Made by a program: the position numbers and the translations under genes. The notes beneath the pieces were generated by a model that saw nothing but the letters and a program-made list of their open reading frames with translations, had not been told where the DNA came from and did not search any database. 27,934 nucleotides of DNA, taken from IMG/VR virus record IMGVR_UViG_3300021387_000008, one strand, 5' to 3'. Of this stretch, positions 1 through 8,932 are shown piece after piece. This DNA comes from an uncultured virus (IMG/VR IMGVR_UViG_3300021387_000008). Lineage: Duplodnaviria > Heunggongvirae > Uroviricota > Caudoviricetes > Crassvirales. Each line of letters begins with the position of its first letter. Within the stretch, counting starts at the first letter, position 1.

Positions 1-356
1 TGTTGATGAAAATATAAACCAATACTAATAAATATAATACCAAGACCTAATTGAAAAGCAACCATAGGTCTTAAACCAAGAGGAATACCATAAGTGTAAT
101 CATACCAATTTATAATGCCTTCTACTAATATGTAATATAAAAATATTCTATGCCATCTGCAAAACTGAAAGCAGAATGAAGATAAATATAAAAATAACCA
201 TATTAATAGAGCTATAATATAAGATATAGTCGCACCTTCATAATCAAAATATGATAGCAGCGTATCAGTAAAACTTAACACTGCTACCACCATTGGTATT
301 ATCTTAATCCAATGTAATTCTATTTTATATAAACTATTCCGTAGCTTTGCCTCCAT
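1..356 (-). CDS. Multi-pass membrane protein, truncated by window edge
   Basis: Hand-translated from ATG at 356 (MEAKLRNSLYKIELHWIKIIPMVVAVLSF...LGLGIILLVLVYIFIN); open to base 1, several hydrophobic segments; not in the ORF track. Confidence 0.7.
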   Translation of the reverse strand, partial: MEAKLRNSLYKIELHWIKIIPMVVAVLSFTDTLLSYFDYEGATISYIIALLIWLFLYLSSFCFQFCRWHRIFLYYILVEGIINWYDYTYGIPLGLRPMVAFQLGLGIIFISIGLYFHQ

Positions 357-456
357 CTTCAAGTCTTCTACGTCTTTTAGTAAAACCTGCTTTAGGAATA
401 CTGGGTGCAGCAACACCTCTATCTTTAATCTTTTTATTAGCTATAACAGTATCCAT
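334..456 (-). CDS. Small basic 40-aa protein
   Basis: MDTVIANKKIKDRGVAAPSIPKAGFTKRRRRLEDGGKATE*; immediately downstream of a Bacteroidota-type promoter, overlaps start of next gene. Confidence 0.55.
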   Translation of the reverse strand: MDTVIANKKIKDRGVAAPSIPKAGFTKRRRRLEDGGKATE

Positions 457-463
457 TTGATTA

Positions 464-495
464 CAAATATAAGTATTAATTTTTAATTATGCAAA
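464..495 (-). promoter_or_regulatory. Bacteroidota primary-sigma promoter (-33 TTTG / -7 TAnnTTTG)
   Basis: Minus strand TTTG (495-492), 20-nt spacer, TATATTTG (471-464). Confidence 0.7.
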
Positions 496-563
496 CTTTG
501 GGCGTTAAATGATATTAATTTCATCTATTTGCTTACTATTAGCCCCGTAAAGAGTTTGAATAT

Positions 564-604
564 AGCCTGCTGATAGTTTGTTAAGGCTCACTATCAGACA
601 GGCT
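564..604. other. Intergenic hairpin
   Basis: AGCCTG-CTGATAG (564-576) pairs with CTATCAG-A-CAGGCT (591-604): 13 bp with one bulge. Confidence 0.6.
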
Positions 605-669
605 GAAATTGAATTTTAACTTCTACAAAGAAATTAAGTTAGAATAAACATTAGTATTATCTCTTGTGT

Positions 670-697
670 AAAGACAGCCACCGAAGTGACTGCCTTT
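670..697 (-). terminator. Stem-loop with UUCG tetraloop after tailspike gene, probable intrinsic terminator
   Basis: Minus strand AAAGGCAGTCAC-TTCG-GTGGCTGTCTTT, 3 nt past the stop at 701; mismatches are G-U compatible only on minus; U-tract short. Confidence 0.7.
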
Positions 698-700
698 TGT

Positions 701-2512
701 TTATACTGGATTACCATTTACATCACTCCAAACATCATTTTTACATACTAAAAGTTTATTTAAAGTTGTATCAAAATATGTTTTTCCCATATTTATACCT
801 AAAGGACGTTCTACTGTAGTACCATAAAGAGGAATTTCTCTTTTAATTACATTAAATGCATAACAAGAATATACAGTAAAGTCGTAAGAATTATTATTAA
901 TAGAAACAGCTACAAAAATTTTATTAACACCATCTGGAACTTTAATATATCTAACATATTGATACATTTGATATGAATTATAAAACGAAGCACTAGGTGA
1001 AGGTTTTGGATAATCAAATAAATTGTTTATTACTGCATTACCTGCGTCATTTAAATATGTTGCCATAACATTTCTATCAAACCAAAAATATTTATTTGTA
1101 GATGTATCTATAATATAACCTACAGAAAGTTGATAATAAGATGCAGAATAAGTAGCATATGTTGCTTTATCTATATCAACTAATAAAGACTTTCCATCTA
1201 TACTTGTTCTACAAAATATACAATTTTCAGGATAAGATATAACACTACCTAAAGGAGCATTAAGTTTATAACTTAAGGATTTATAATAATTAGTATTTAT
1301 TCTTCCACTAGAATTATCTTCAGATACATCCAAAAGTTTTGGGGGTATTGTATATCCCTTTATATAATCTATTGCTGTATTACCACTACATTTCATTAAA
1401 CAAGTAGCTCCTTCTTCTCTACACTTTTCAACTCTTAAAGTAGTTATATTTCTAGCATATATCATAGTCCAATTTTGTTCCATTGAAGTATATTCTATAG
1501 TAATATTACCACTACTATCATTACTATCTGGATATGCTAATTTATAAGAAGATAAATCAATAGCAGGACCGCCAATAACAACTGCATAACAAGCACCTCT
1601 TGGTTTACTCAATCCTGGTAATGTAATTCTATTTATTCTTACTACTGTTTGATTACACCAAGAAATTCCATTTGGTCCATTATGTTGATAAAATCTTAAA
1701 TTATAATTTCCACCACATAAATAATTACCTTCTATATTATTGTAACTACATCCTAAACCATAAATATCTTGCATTCTTAAGTTTTCATTAAACCAAGCTA
1801 TAGCATTGAATGTAATATGACAATCATTACAAGAAGTAATAGCCAATCCAATAAAATGAATACTTCGATTATCACTATAATTTATTTCATTTCTATGAGG
1901 GTCTATATTAAGTTCGTTAAGATAAATAAATAAATTTGCAGATTTTTCTATATTAATAGCAGCATTTAAATTTGTTAAAGTTCCTGTATAAGTAAATACA
2001 GAATCTAAGTTTACAGCTCTCATTCCTGTTAAAACTACAGGAGTACTTAAATCGAACTTACGATTTGGAGTACAAAGTCTTTTAAAATATTGTTGAGCAT
2101 AATTCAATTTAGCTCCAATATCATTTCCATTTTCGATCCAAGTAGCATCGAACATACTATTTTTAATGTCACCTGCAAAAATAACATTATTAAATTTAGG
2201 TAATCCTTTTAAATAACAATTATTCATTGTTAAGGTACAACCTGCAGCACCAATAATAGAACCTCCTTCAAAATCAAGTACACAATCAGAAGGAATTGTA
2301 ACATTATTACTTAAAACAAAATCATCATGTATAACATATATCTTATTAGTTTGAGTTAATTGACTTTCAAAACTAACTTCATTACCAGCTTTATCATATT
2401 TAACAAGATGAACTACTTTTTGACCAAAGTCAACATCTTCTGAACCACAAACGTGACCACCAACAGCAGCATTATATACTCTGCTAGGAATAGGACTCAT
2501 ATGTTCACTCAT
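701..2512 (-). CDS. Tailspike / receptor-binding protein, probable parallel beta-helix
   Basis: 603 aa; N-terminal YVI..DF.L...VTIP..CVL.FEGGSI module, Asn/Ile-rich beta-strand middle, C-terminal GTT..RP....G..YFDTTL.K motif typical of phage spike ends; lies in the tail module. Confidence 0.7.
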   Translation of the reverse strand: MSEHMSPIPSRVYNAAVGGHVCGSEDVDFGQKVVHLVKYDKAGNEVSFESQLTQTNKIYVIHDDFVLSNNVTIPSDCVLDFEGGSIIGAAGCTLTMNNCYLKGLPKFNNVIFAGDIKNSMFDATWIENGNDIGAKLNYAQQYFKRLCTPNRKFDLSTPVVLTGMRAVNLDSVFTYTGTLTNLNAAINIEKSANLFIYLNELNIDPHRNEINYSDNRSIHFIGLAITSCNDCHITFNAIAWFNENLRMQDIYGLGCSYNNIEGNYLCGGNYNLRFYQHNGPNGISWCNQTVVRINRITLPGLSKPRGACYAVVIGGPAIDLSSYKLAYPDSNDSSGNITIEYTSMEQNWTMIYARNITTLRVEKCREEGATCLMKCSGNTAIDYIKGYTIPPKLLDVSEDNSSGRINTNYYKSLSYKLNAPLGSVISYPENCIFCRTSIDGKSLLVDIDKATYATYSASYYQLSVGYIIDTSTNKYFWFDRNVMATYLNDAGNAVINNLFDYPKPSPSASFYNSYQMYQYVRYIKVPDGVNKIFVAVSINNNSYDFTVYSCYAFNVIKREIPLYGTTVERPLGINMGKTYFDTTLNKLLVCKNDVWSDVNGNPV

Positions 2513-2524
2513 AATTTTATAAAT

Positions 2525-4261
2525 TTAAATTGTTATATTAAAATTACCATCATATTGATTAACTGACTTAAGAATATAATAATCTTGAATTGTAGTAGTA
2601 TCAACAGGTTCCATAGGAACAGGAAAACCACTCATAGTAAGATTAAACATAAACTCAGAATCAGCAGGATAAATAACATAAATGTAATCTTGGATACATT
2701 CAATGTTGAGAGGATTATTTACATTAATATTTTCATATTTGTAATCATCATTATCATAAACTTCACTATAGTTTTGACCTGGACCAATCCAAATATTTCC
2801 ATTAATTATACCATAAAAAGTTTCAACAGATTTATCATATCCAGCAGCTACAGCTTCTTCATAAGGAGTACAAGACTTAACTTCAAAAGTAGAAGTACTA
2901 GCATCATTATATAAGATAGTGTAAGTATCTATAAGACCTACTCGTCCTGTTTTAGTAATACTTACTATTCCTCTACCGTTAGTAACAGTATAATCTTGAT
3001 GTGTATCATCATTAAATGTTATTCTATAAGTATCAGTTAATACATTAGTACTTAATAAAGCGATACTCGAAATACCTTTTCCGTTAGTTACAGTAAAAGT
3101 ACTTGTTGTATTATCATTATACGTAATTGTATAAGTATCAACTAATACGTTTGTAGAAGTCTTTTCAATCTTAGTTACTCCTCTACCATTTACAACAGTA
3201 TAAGTAGTAGTTGTATTATCGTTCCAATAGATAGTGTAAGTATCTGTAAGAACGTCAGTAGAAGTCTTAGCTATTCTGTCGATACCCTTACCATTAGTAA
3301 CATTGTAAGTGAATGGGTCACCTTCAGAGAAAGTAATAGTATATGTGTCTACAAGAACATTAGTTCCAGTCTTTGAAATATCAGCAATACCTTTACCATT
3401 TTTAACAGTAATAGTTGCTGTTGTACCATTGTCAAAAGTAATTTCTAAAGTACTCTGATGACTATCAGCTAAATCTTCTGTCCACTTTGTAGATTTAACA
3501 CCGTTACCTTTAAGATAATCAAGTATGAAATTAGTATGAAGATAGCCATGAGAATCAATACTTTCTTCTTTATCAATAGCTATTGTACCATATTCATCAC
3601 AATGCTCACCTTTACTTAAAGTAAGATAGTTTCTTCCAGGAGGACCTTGAACAATTTGAAATGCTAAGTCATAAATAACATTATTAAGGAAAATAAAGTC
3701 ATTATATTTTTGCCTATAAACATAAAGGTCACCGTTTTCTTTAGTATGACTTGCTACAAGGTAAAGTTTAGCATCATGTCTAATAGCCTCAGCTTGAAGT
3801 TCATCAAAACTATCAAATACTCCCCAAAGACCCCAAGGTTCACCCATATTACCTTGTTCACCAGGTTTACCTTCTAAACCTTGAGGGCCTTGCAAACCAG
3901 TATATCCTCTAGGACCTCTTGGACCTTCTGGACCAGGAATACCTTCAGGACCTTGTGGACCTGTAGGACCAGGCAGACCAGGAAGACCATCAGCTCCTCT
4001 AGGACCAGTAGAGCCTTGGGGACCAGGATTGCCAGTAGCACCCTTATCACCTTTGGCTCCATCATGACCACGTTCTCCTTGCTCACCTTGAGCTCCTTTT
4101 TCACCTTTGATTTCAGCTCTAAACGCAGGTTCAGAAATAAATCTATAAAATTCATTAACCTGGTCATACAAATCTTGTATGGTTTTAGTCTGCTTATCAA
4201 GGGTATCAAGAGCCTTGTAATCAGGAGTGTAATCTCTTATAATCTTTCTTGGTTTAAGCAT
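2525..4261 (-). CDS. Collagen-like fibre protein with tandem 35-aa beta repeats
   Basis: 578 aa; 30 uninterrupted Gly-X-Y triplets plus five G[KR]G[IV]..I.KT.T.VL.DTY.I...D.....[YF].V.N repeats. Confidence 0.8.
   Translation of the reverse strand: MLKPRKIIRDYTPDYKALDTLDKQTKTIQDLYDQVNEFYRFISEPAFRAEIKGEKGAQGEQGERGHDGAKGDKGATGNPGPQGSTGPRGADGLPGLPGPTGPQGPEGIPGPEGPRGPRGYTGLQGPQGLEGKPGEQGNMGEPWGLWGVFDSFDELQAEAIRHDAKLYLVASHTKENGDLYVYRQKYNDFIFLNNVIYDLAFQIVQGPPGRNYLTLSKGEHCDEYGTIAIDKEESIDSHGYLHTNFILDYLKGNGVKSTKWTEDLADSHQSTLEITFDNGTTATITVKNGKGIADISKTGTNVLVDTYTITFSEGDPFTYNVTNGKGIDRIAKTSTDVLTDTYTIYWNDNTTTTYTVVNGRGVTKIEKTSTNVLVDTYTITYNDNTTSTFTVTNGKGISSIALLSTNVLTDTYRITFNDDTHQDYTVTNGRGIVSITKTGRVGLIDTYTILYNDASTSTFEVKSCTPYEEAVAAGYDKSVETFYGIINGNIWIGPGQNYSEVYDNDDYKYENINVNNPLNIECIQDYIYVIYPADSEFMFNLTMSGFPVPMEPVDTTTIQDYYILKSVNQYDGNFNITI
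2873..3397 (-). repeat. Five tandem 105-nt (35-aa) coding repeats
   Basis: Repeat-initial Gly codons at 3397, 3292, 3187, 3082, 2977 (exact 105-nt period); one divergent unit precedes them. Confidence 0.9.
3836..4105 (-). repeat. Collagen Gly-X-Y tract, 30 triplets
   Basis: GEK GAQ GEQ ... GNM GEP, residues 53-142. Confidence 0.95.
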
Positions 4262-4295
4262 AATAATCTAATTATACATTTCTTCTACGGGCGTG

Positions 4296-4616
4296 CTAAT
4301 CAAAGAGATTAACATTCTTATAATCAACTTTGAAATGCTTACAAATAGGTTTCATAATCCAAGACCAAAAAACAGGAGCAAGAATAGCACTGTTTAAAAT
4401 AGTTCTAGTATCATTACCTAATAGATAGTATAGCACCCCTATAGAAAGAATTACCAACAACAACACAAGTCTTTTACTCCAAGTTGTTAAATCTTTGTGT
4501 CCATTTCTATCATTGATAAGTCTAATTATAAGATAAGTTAGAACATTAACTATGATACAAAATGCAAAGTCAAAACTTTCAAGAGTAGTTTGTATTGTAT
4601 TACTTAGTATCTCCAT
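4296..4616 (-). CDS. Holin-like small membrane protein
   Basis: 106 aa, about three hydrophobic helices, charged C-terminus. Confidence 0.5.
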   Translation of the reverse strand: MEILSNTIQTTLESFDFAFCIIVNVLTYLIIRLINDRNGHKDLTTWSKRLVLLLVILSIGVLYYLLGNDTRTILNSAILAPVFWSWIMKPICKHFKVDYKNVNLFD

Positions 4617-4864
4617 TATCTTCTAAATATTTTATTAAAATCAAGTCCGTTACTAACAAGATTAGCCATTACATTCATATTAAAATCATTAGCATTTTCT
4701 TGTGGATGATGTCTAATCCAAGTATTAATAACTTTAATTATTTGTCGTAGCATAATATTATTCTCGTGAGTTTCTTTTATAAGTTGTTTAAACTCAGGAC
4801 TTCTAATAGTTTCTTGTATCTCTATAAGAGTATCAAGAACATAACTTTCTTCTTTGTATGTCAT
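4616..4864 (-). CDS. Hypothetical protein
   Basis: 82-aa ORF, stop overlaps the next start. Confidence 0.6.
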   Translation of the reverse strand: MTYKEESYVLDTLIEIQETIRSPEFKQLIKETHENNIMLRQIIKVINTWIRHHPQENANDFNMNVMANLVSNGLDFNKIFRR

Positions 4865-4951
4865 ATTTCTCCATTCTTAATTTTATTAATATACTCTTTA
4901 GAAGTTAGATTTCTATAAGGCATATTACTATTAGTAACTTTATCTTCTTTA

Positions 4952-5335
4952 TTATTCATACAATCCTGTAAAAGTTGTAATTCCTGTAGGAGTAACATCA
5001 GAAAAAATAGTATAATTATATAAGTTAACTACTTTAGTTGTAGTACCTGTTAAAGTATAACTATTTCCAGTAGAATTTGCAATACTACCACCATCGAACT
5101 CTAAAATACATCCTGCAGGTACAGTAATATTTTCTCCAAGCACATAATCATATTTAACTACATACTTAGTATTAGTAGCAGACATCATTTCTTGTGTAAG
5201 AGTATTAACTCCATTAACAAGATTCTTTTTAAGAATAATTGTTTTATATGTAACAGGCACATTCGGATTAGTAGTTAAAGCAGTCACTCTAACATTAACA
5301 TCAGCCGAACTACCTGGAGCTATTACATTACTCAT
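4952..5335 (-). CDS. Short protein sharing the tailspike N-terminal module
   Basis: Residues 54-85 match residues 55-86 of the 603-aa spike, 17/32 identical with no gaps. Confidence 0.7.
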   Translation of the reverse strand: MSNVIAPGSSADVNVRVTALTTNPNVPVTYKTIILKKNLVNGVNTLTQEMMSATNTKYVVKYDYVLGENITVPAGCILEFDGGSIANSTGNSYTLTGTTTKVVNLYNYTIFSDVTPTGITTFTGLYE

Positions 5336-5347
5336 ATCTTTTCAATT

Positions 5348-6346
5348 TTAATAATTAATATCAATTGTATAAGTTCCAGCTTGATAAGTATTTAAACTTG
5401 TGTAAGCTGTGTAAATTCCAAAAGTAGTAGTATCCATAGGAATATTGAAATCATTCATTTCAATTTGTTCAATCTTAGATACATCAGCAGTAGGAAGAAT
5501 GATAATAATTCTCTGACCTTCTTCTACTTCAATAGTATAACTTCCTGTAGGATCACCATCATAAGGTTTAGTATACTGAGGATTATAAACATCTTCATAA
5601 GTAGCACCTGCGCCAATAAAGAAATCTGAAGCCATAGTTACAGTCTTTTCGTAAGTATAAAGTTTACCAAGAACTTGAGCCTCAACTTTAATAGTAGTTG
5701 TTCCACCAATAGTTCTATCTTCTGAGAAAGTAGCAACAGAAGTTTCTTCAATAACTTTTTCTCCATTAAAGTAAACTTTAACAAAGTCAAATAGACAATA
5801 ATCAGCAGTAGCAGCAATGTTTACAACAGCAGCTTCATTACTAAAGAAACTATCAGGAGTAATACTAATTTGTACATCACCGACTTCAATTCCAAGAGTA
5901 TCAAAGATAAGCTGATAAAGTCCATTAATAGTTTCAGTAAGAGTCTTCTGAGTAACACCCATCACATTACTATTACCATACATTGTACTGAAAGCTTCTC
6001 CACCACTAGCAGTAGCAAGGAACGATTGCATTTGAGTTTCTAAATCATCAATACGTTTTGCTAGAGCGTTAATTATAGCACCAAACGCACCAAGTTTAGC
6101 AATAACTTCTTGTTTAAATTTATCGTAATCAAATACAATATCGTTATGTATTCTACCTATGGGTTTCCAATATTTAATATCAGTGATTGGAGTTCCAGCA
6201 GGTACAGCTTTACGACTAATATAAGTAATCCAAGTACTATAATCAGTAGTAAGAGTCAATCTAGGGAAAGGAAGATTAATATCCCAATCCTCTACATTAA
6301 TAGTAACGTGTCCTAGTTCATCAAGTTGTAGTTTCATAAGTCGCAA
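5348..6346 (-). CDS. Putative tail fibre-associated structural protein
   Basis: 332 aa; coiled-coil segment, beta-rich middle, C-terminal domain resembling that of the collagen fibre. Confidence 0.55.
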   Translation of the reverse strand: MRLMKLQLDELGHVTINVEDWDINLPFPRLTLTTDYSTWITYISRKAVPAGTPITDIKYWKPIGRIHNDIVFDYDKFKQEVIAKLGAFGAIINALAKRIDDLETQMQSFLATASGGEAFSTMYGNSNVMGVTQKTLTETINGLYQLIFDTLGIEVGDVQISITPDSFFSNEAAVVNIAATADYCLFDFVKVYFNGEKVIEETSVATFSEDRTIGGTTTIKVEAQVLGKLYTYEKTVTMASDFFIGAGATYEDVYNPQYTKPYDGDPTGSYTIEVEEGQRIIIILPTADVSKIEQIEMNDFNIPMDTTTFGIYTAYTSLNTYQAGTYTIDINY

Positions 6347-7049
6347 TTACATAATTATGTGTCATAGTTCCACCATTATAATAAGCTGTAACTCTGAGTT
6401 TAACACTACTAGGATTAGTCACAGTATATTCAGATAAGTTAGGAACATAATGTTCATCAATATAATAATCTACCTCAACATTTGCATATTCATAATTTGG
6501 CATAGGCACACCATCAATATAATATACAAGTTTAGTAGTTATCTTTCCGTTAGAGTAAGAAGCTTCACAATCAAAATCAAAAGGATAAACATAACTGCCT
6601 TCTCCGTTTTCATCGTCAATTGAATAATCTTCTTCAAAACCAAGACCTTGATTTTGTTTCATCAAATCTTCCTCTTCGTTAATCCAAAAACGAGGTCTAT
6701 CATTACAACTAACAAAAGCTTTAAGTTTTCCATTTTCATCGATAGGAAATACATAGCTTGTTGAATTATCTTTACCTTTGTATATCTGATTTATCTTAGC
6801 TTTAATATAATTAATAATAAGTTGTGCTTTCTTTTCTTGACCAAGAAGTCTTGCAGCACAAGCAGCATTAAACATATTAAAACATTCAATAGCACCACTA
6901 TTTCTATCAGTACAATTTGCTTTACAATCTTTTAGCATATCTTCACCGTAATCAGCTAGCATAGCCATAATACGATGATAGACACAAACATATTCAGCAG
7001 GAATAGTTAGATAAATATACTCAGGAATAACTTCTTTTCTGTAACTCAT
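6321..7049 (-). CDS. Putative tail-associated structural protein
   Basis: 242 aa, Cys-containing helical N-terminus; sits between capsid genes and fibre genes. Confidence 0.5.
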   Translation of the reverse strand: MSYRKEVIPEYIYLTIPAEYVCVYHRIMAMLADYGEDMLKDCKANCTDRNSGAIECFNMFNAACAARLLGQEKKAQLIINYIKAKINQIYKGKDNSTSYVFPIDENGKLKAFVSCNDRPRFWINEEEDLMKQNQGLGFEEDYSIDDENGEGSYVYPFDFDCEASYSNGKITTKLVYYIDGVPMPNYEYANVEVDYYIDEHYVPNLSEYTVTNPSSVKLRVTAYYNGGTMTHNYVIATYETTT

Positions 7050-7282
7050 AATGTCATCACTTTATTATATAAAGTTTCAAGTTTATTATGTTGTTCGACA
7101 GAAAGAACATCGATGTTATCAAATGCGCCAATCATAATTGTAGTCCAAGAAAGTTTATTAAATTTATTCTTATTAGGAATATAACCCTCTTGGATAAGTG
7201 ACACACAAACATCAACAATGCTAGATACTCTATTATTAAGAGTATCTAGCATATCTTGTTTCTTTTCGGCATCGTATAACAT
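7046..7282 (-). CDS. Hypothetical protein
   Basis: 78-aa ORF, ATGA overlap with the downstream gene. Confidence 0.65.
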   Translation of the reverse strand: MLYDAEKKQDMLDTLNNRVSSIVDVCVSLIQEGYIPNKNKFNKLSWTTIMIGAFDNIDVLSVEQHNKLETLYNKVMTL

Positions 7283-7287
7283 AAACC

Positions 7288-7935
7288 TTATGTATTAAAT
7301 GTCTTATTGTTAATGTAAGTTGAATACTCATTAACACAAACATTAAGTCTGTTATTAACTTGAGTAATTCTAGTCATAGCATCTTGACCGTTGTAAATAA
7401 TATCTACTAGGTTATCAGCTATTTCTTTAATCCATTCTTCTTTTAGTCTACTTGCTACATTTACATCGTTAATTTCATAAATTGCTAAAGCAGAGTATAG
7501 TCTATAATATTCGTTACTAACAAGTTTGTTAATATTACCAACGATAAACTCTCTGTTCTTATCAATATTATTGTGAGCAATAATAGAAGCAGCTTCTTGA
7601 ATTATCCGCAAAGATGAAGCTTTAAAAGCTAAATCTATAGCACTCTCACATTGACGAACTTTCTTTTTCTCTGCACCTTGTAAAGTTTTATCTAAAACAC
7701 CATTTAGTCTAACTACATTTTCAGTGTTTTCTTTTATAGCCTCAGCCATTTCTATAAGAGGTTTGTTTTTAGCTTTTCCTTTAAAATATCCAATAAGTTG
7801 AACAATTAAAGTATAAAGAATAAACACACAACTTGAAATAGCTACAGTGTAATAAGAAGAATTTCGAACACTTTCATTAACAATATCGTTTACTGTTTGA
7901 AAGTCATTCATAACATTAAGTATTAAGTCCATCAC
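7288..7935 (-). CDS. Membrane-anchored hypothetical protein
   Basis: 215 aa, one N-proximal hydrophobic helix followed by helical domain; start is GTG 7935 or ATG 7932. Confidence 0.65.
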   Translation of the reverse strand: MMDLILNVMNDFQTVNDIVNESVRNSSYYTVAISSCVFILYTLIVQLIGYFKGKAKNKPLIEMAEAIKENTENVVRLNGVLDKTLQGAEKKKVRQCESAIDLAFKASSLRIIQEAASIIAHNNIDKNREFIVGNINKLVSNEYYRLYSALAIYEINDVNVASRLKEEWIKEIADNLVDIIYNGQDAMTRITQVNNRLNVCVNEYSTYINNKTFNT

Positions 7936-7968
7936 CTCCCCCGTAGAAGAGATGATGGATTACTTAAT

Positions 7969-8916
7969 TTAAGGATTCTCGTCATTGTTTGCTTCTTCAG
8001 CAGGAACATTTGGTAAAACAGGCTGTTCAAGAATAGCCTTAATAGTATCCAAACTAGCATTGTTAGTAGGTACTGCAATATGTACATACTGCCAAACTTG
8101 TTCGTCACCAGTCTTACCGCTCTCACGCTTAGTAGCAAAGCGAAGATTAAATACAGTGTAACCCTTAGTAGCAATATCAGCCTGTGCAATCTGCTCTACA
8201 ACCTCAGGATAACCAGGATAGATATCCTTAGAAGCCTGGTCAAGATATACAAAGCCCTTGCCTGCAGCACAACGCTGAGCCAAATCCTGAATATAAGCTG
8301 TATCGCCAATGTTAGGCTCAGCCTCAGTAATTGTTACAGTTGTACCAAACAGGTCATCGCCAGCCAGAAGATTAAACTGCTCACCAAAGTTAAGACCATC
8401 AACAGTAATCTTAGCAGAAGCTACAGTAACTGCGATGTTAAGAGAACCTGCATCAGCAATAGCCTGAAGTTGATCGCCAAGAGACTTAGCCATATCAGCA
8501 GCAGACATAGACTTACCAACACGACGAGTATCAGTAACATTCCACTGATAACGTTCTCCAGGAACAGTACCCTTCTTAACAATAGTCAGAGTGAAATCAT
8601 CACCTTCTGCAGGAGCAGGAATAGTAATCTCACCCTTGAACTTTTTACCAGCAACAGGAGCAGCAAAGTTAACGTTAAGGGTATTAATATCTACCTCAGG
8701 AATTACGAAAGCAGGAACATTAGCACCTCTACCCAAAGCAATACCAAAGTTCTCAGTAGGCTTTGTATTAAAGAATGTAACTTTACCTTCGTTAGCACCT
8801 GAAGCATCAGGACTCAGATGGAAGAAACCAATCTGACCTGCATCAAGAACAGTCAAGTCATCGGCAACACCAGTCTTGACAGCCTTAGCACTATTTACAA
8901 TAAGTAACTGTTTCAT
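7969..8916 (-). CDS. Virion structural protein, candidate auxiliary capsid protein
   Basis: 315 aa, beta-rich, higher-GC codon usage like the MCP; third gene after MCP as in Crassvirales (synteny inference). Confidence 0.55.
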   Translation of the reverse strand: MKQLLIVNSAKAVKTGVADDLTVLDAGQIGFFHLSPDASGANEGKVTFFNTKPTENFGIALGRGANVPAFVIPEVDINTLNVNFAAPVAGKKFKGEITIPAPAEGDDFTLTIVKKGTVPGERYQWNVTDTRRVGKSMSAADMAKSLGDQLQAIADAGSLNIAVTVASAKITVDGLNFGEQFNLLAGDDLFGTTVTITEAEPNIGDTAYIQDLAQRCAAGKGFVYLDQASKDIYPGYPEVVEQIAQADIATKGYTVFNLRFATKRESGKTGDEQVWQYVHIAVPTNNASLDTIKAILEQPVLPNVPAEEANNDENP

Positions 8917-8932
8917 TTGTTATAAAATTAAT

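Noticed and set aside
701..5335. Shufflon or diversity-generating retroelement acting on tail genes
   Set aside because: Paralogous segments are diverged at DNA level; no inverted cassettes, recombinase, reverse transcriptase or adenine-specific template repeat seen in this window
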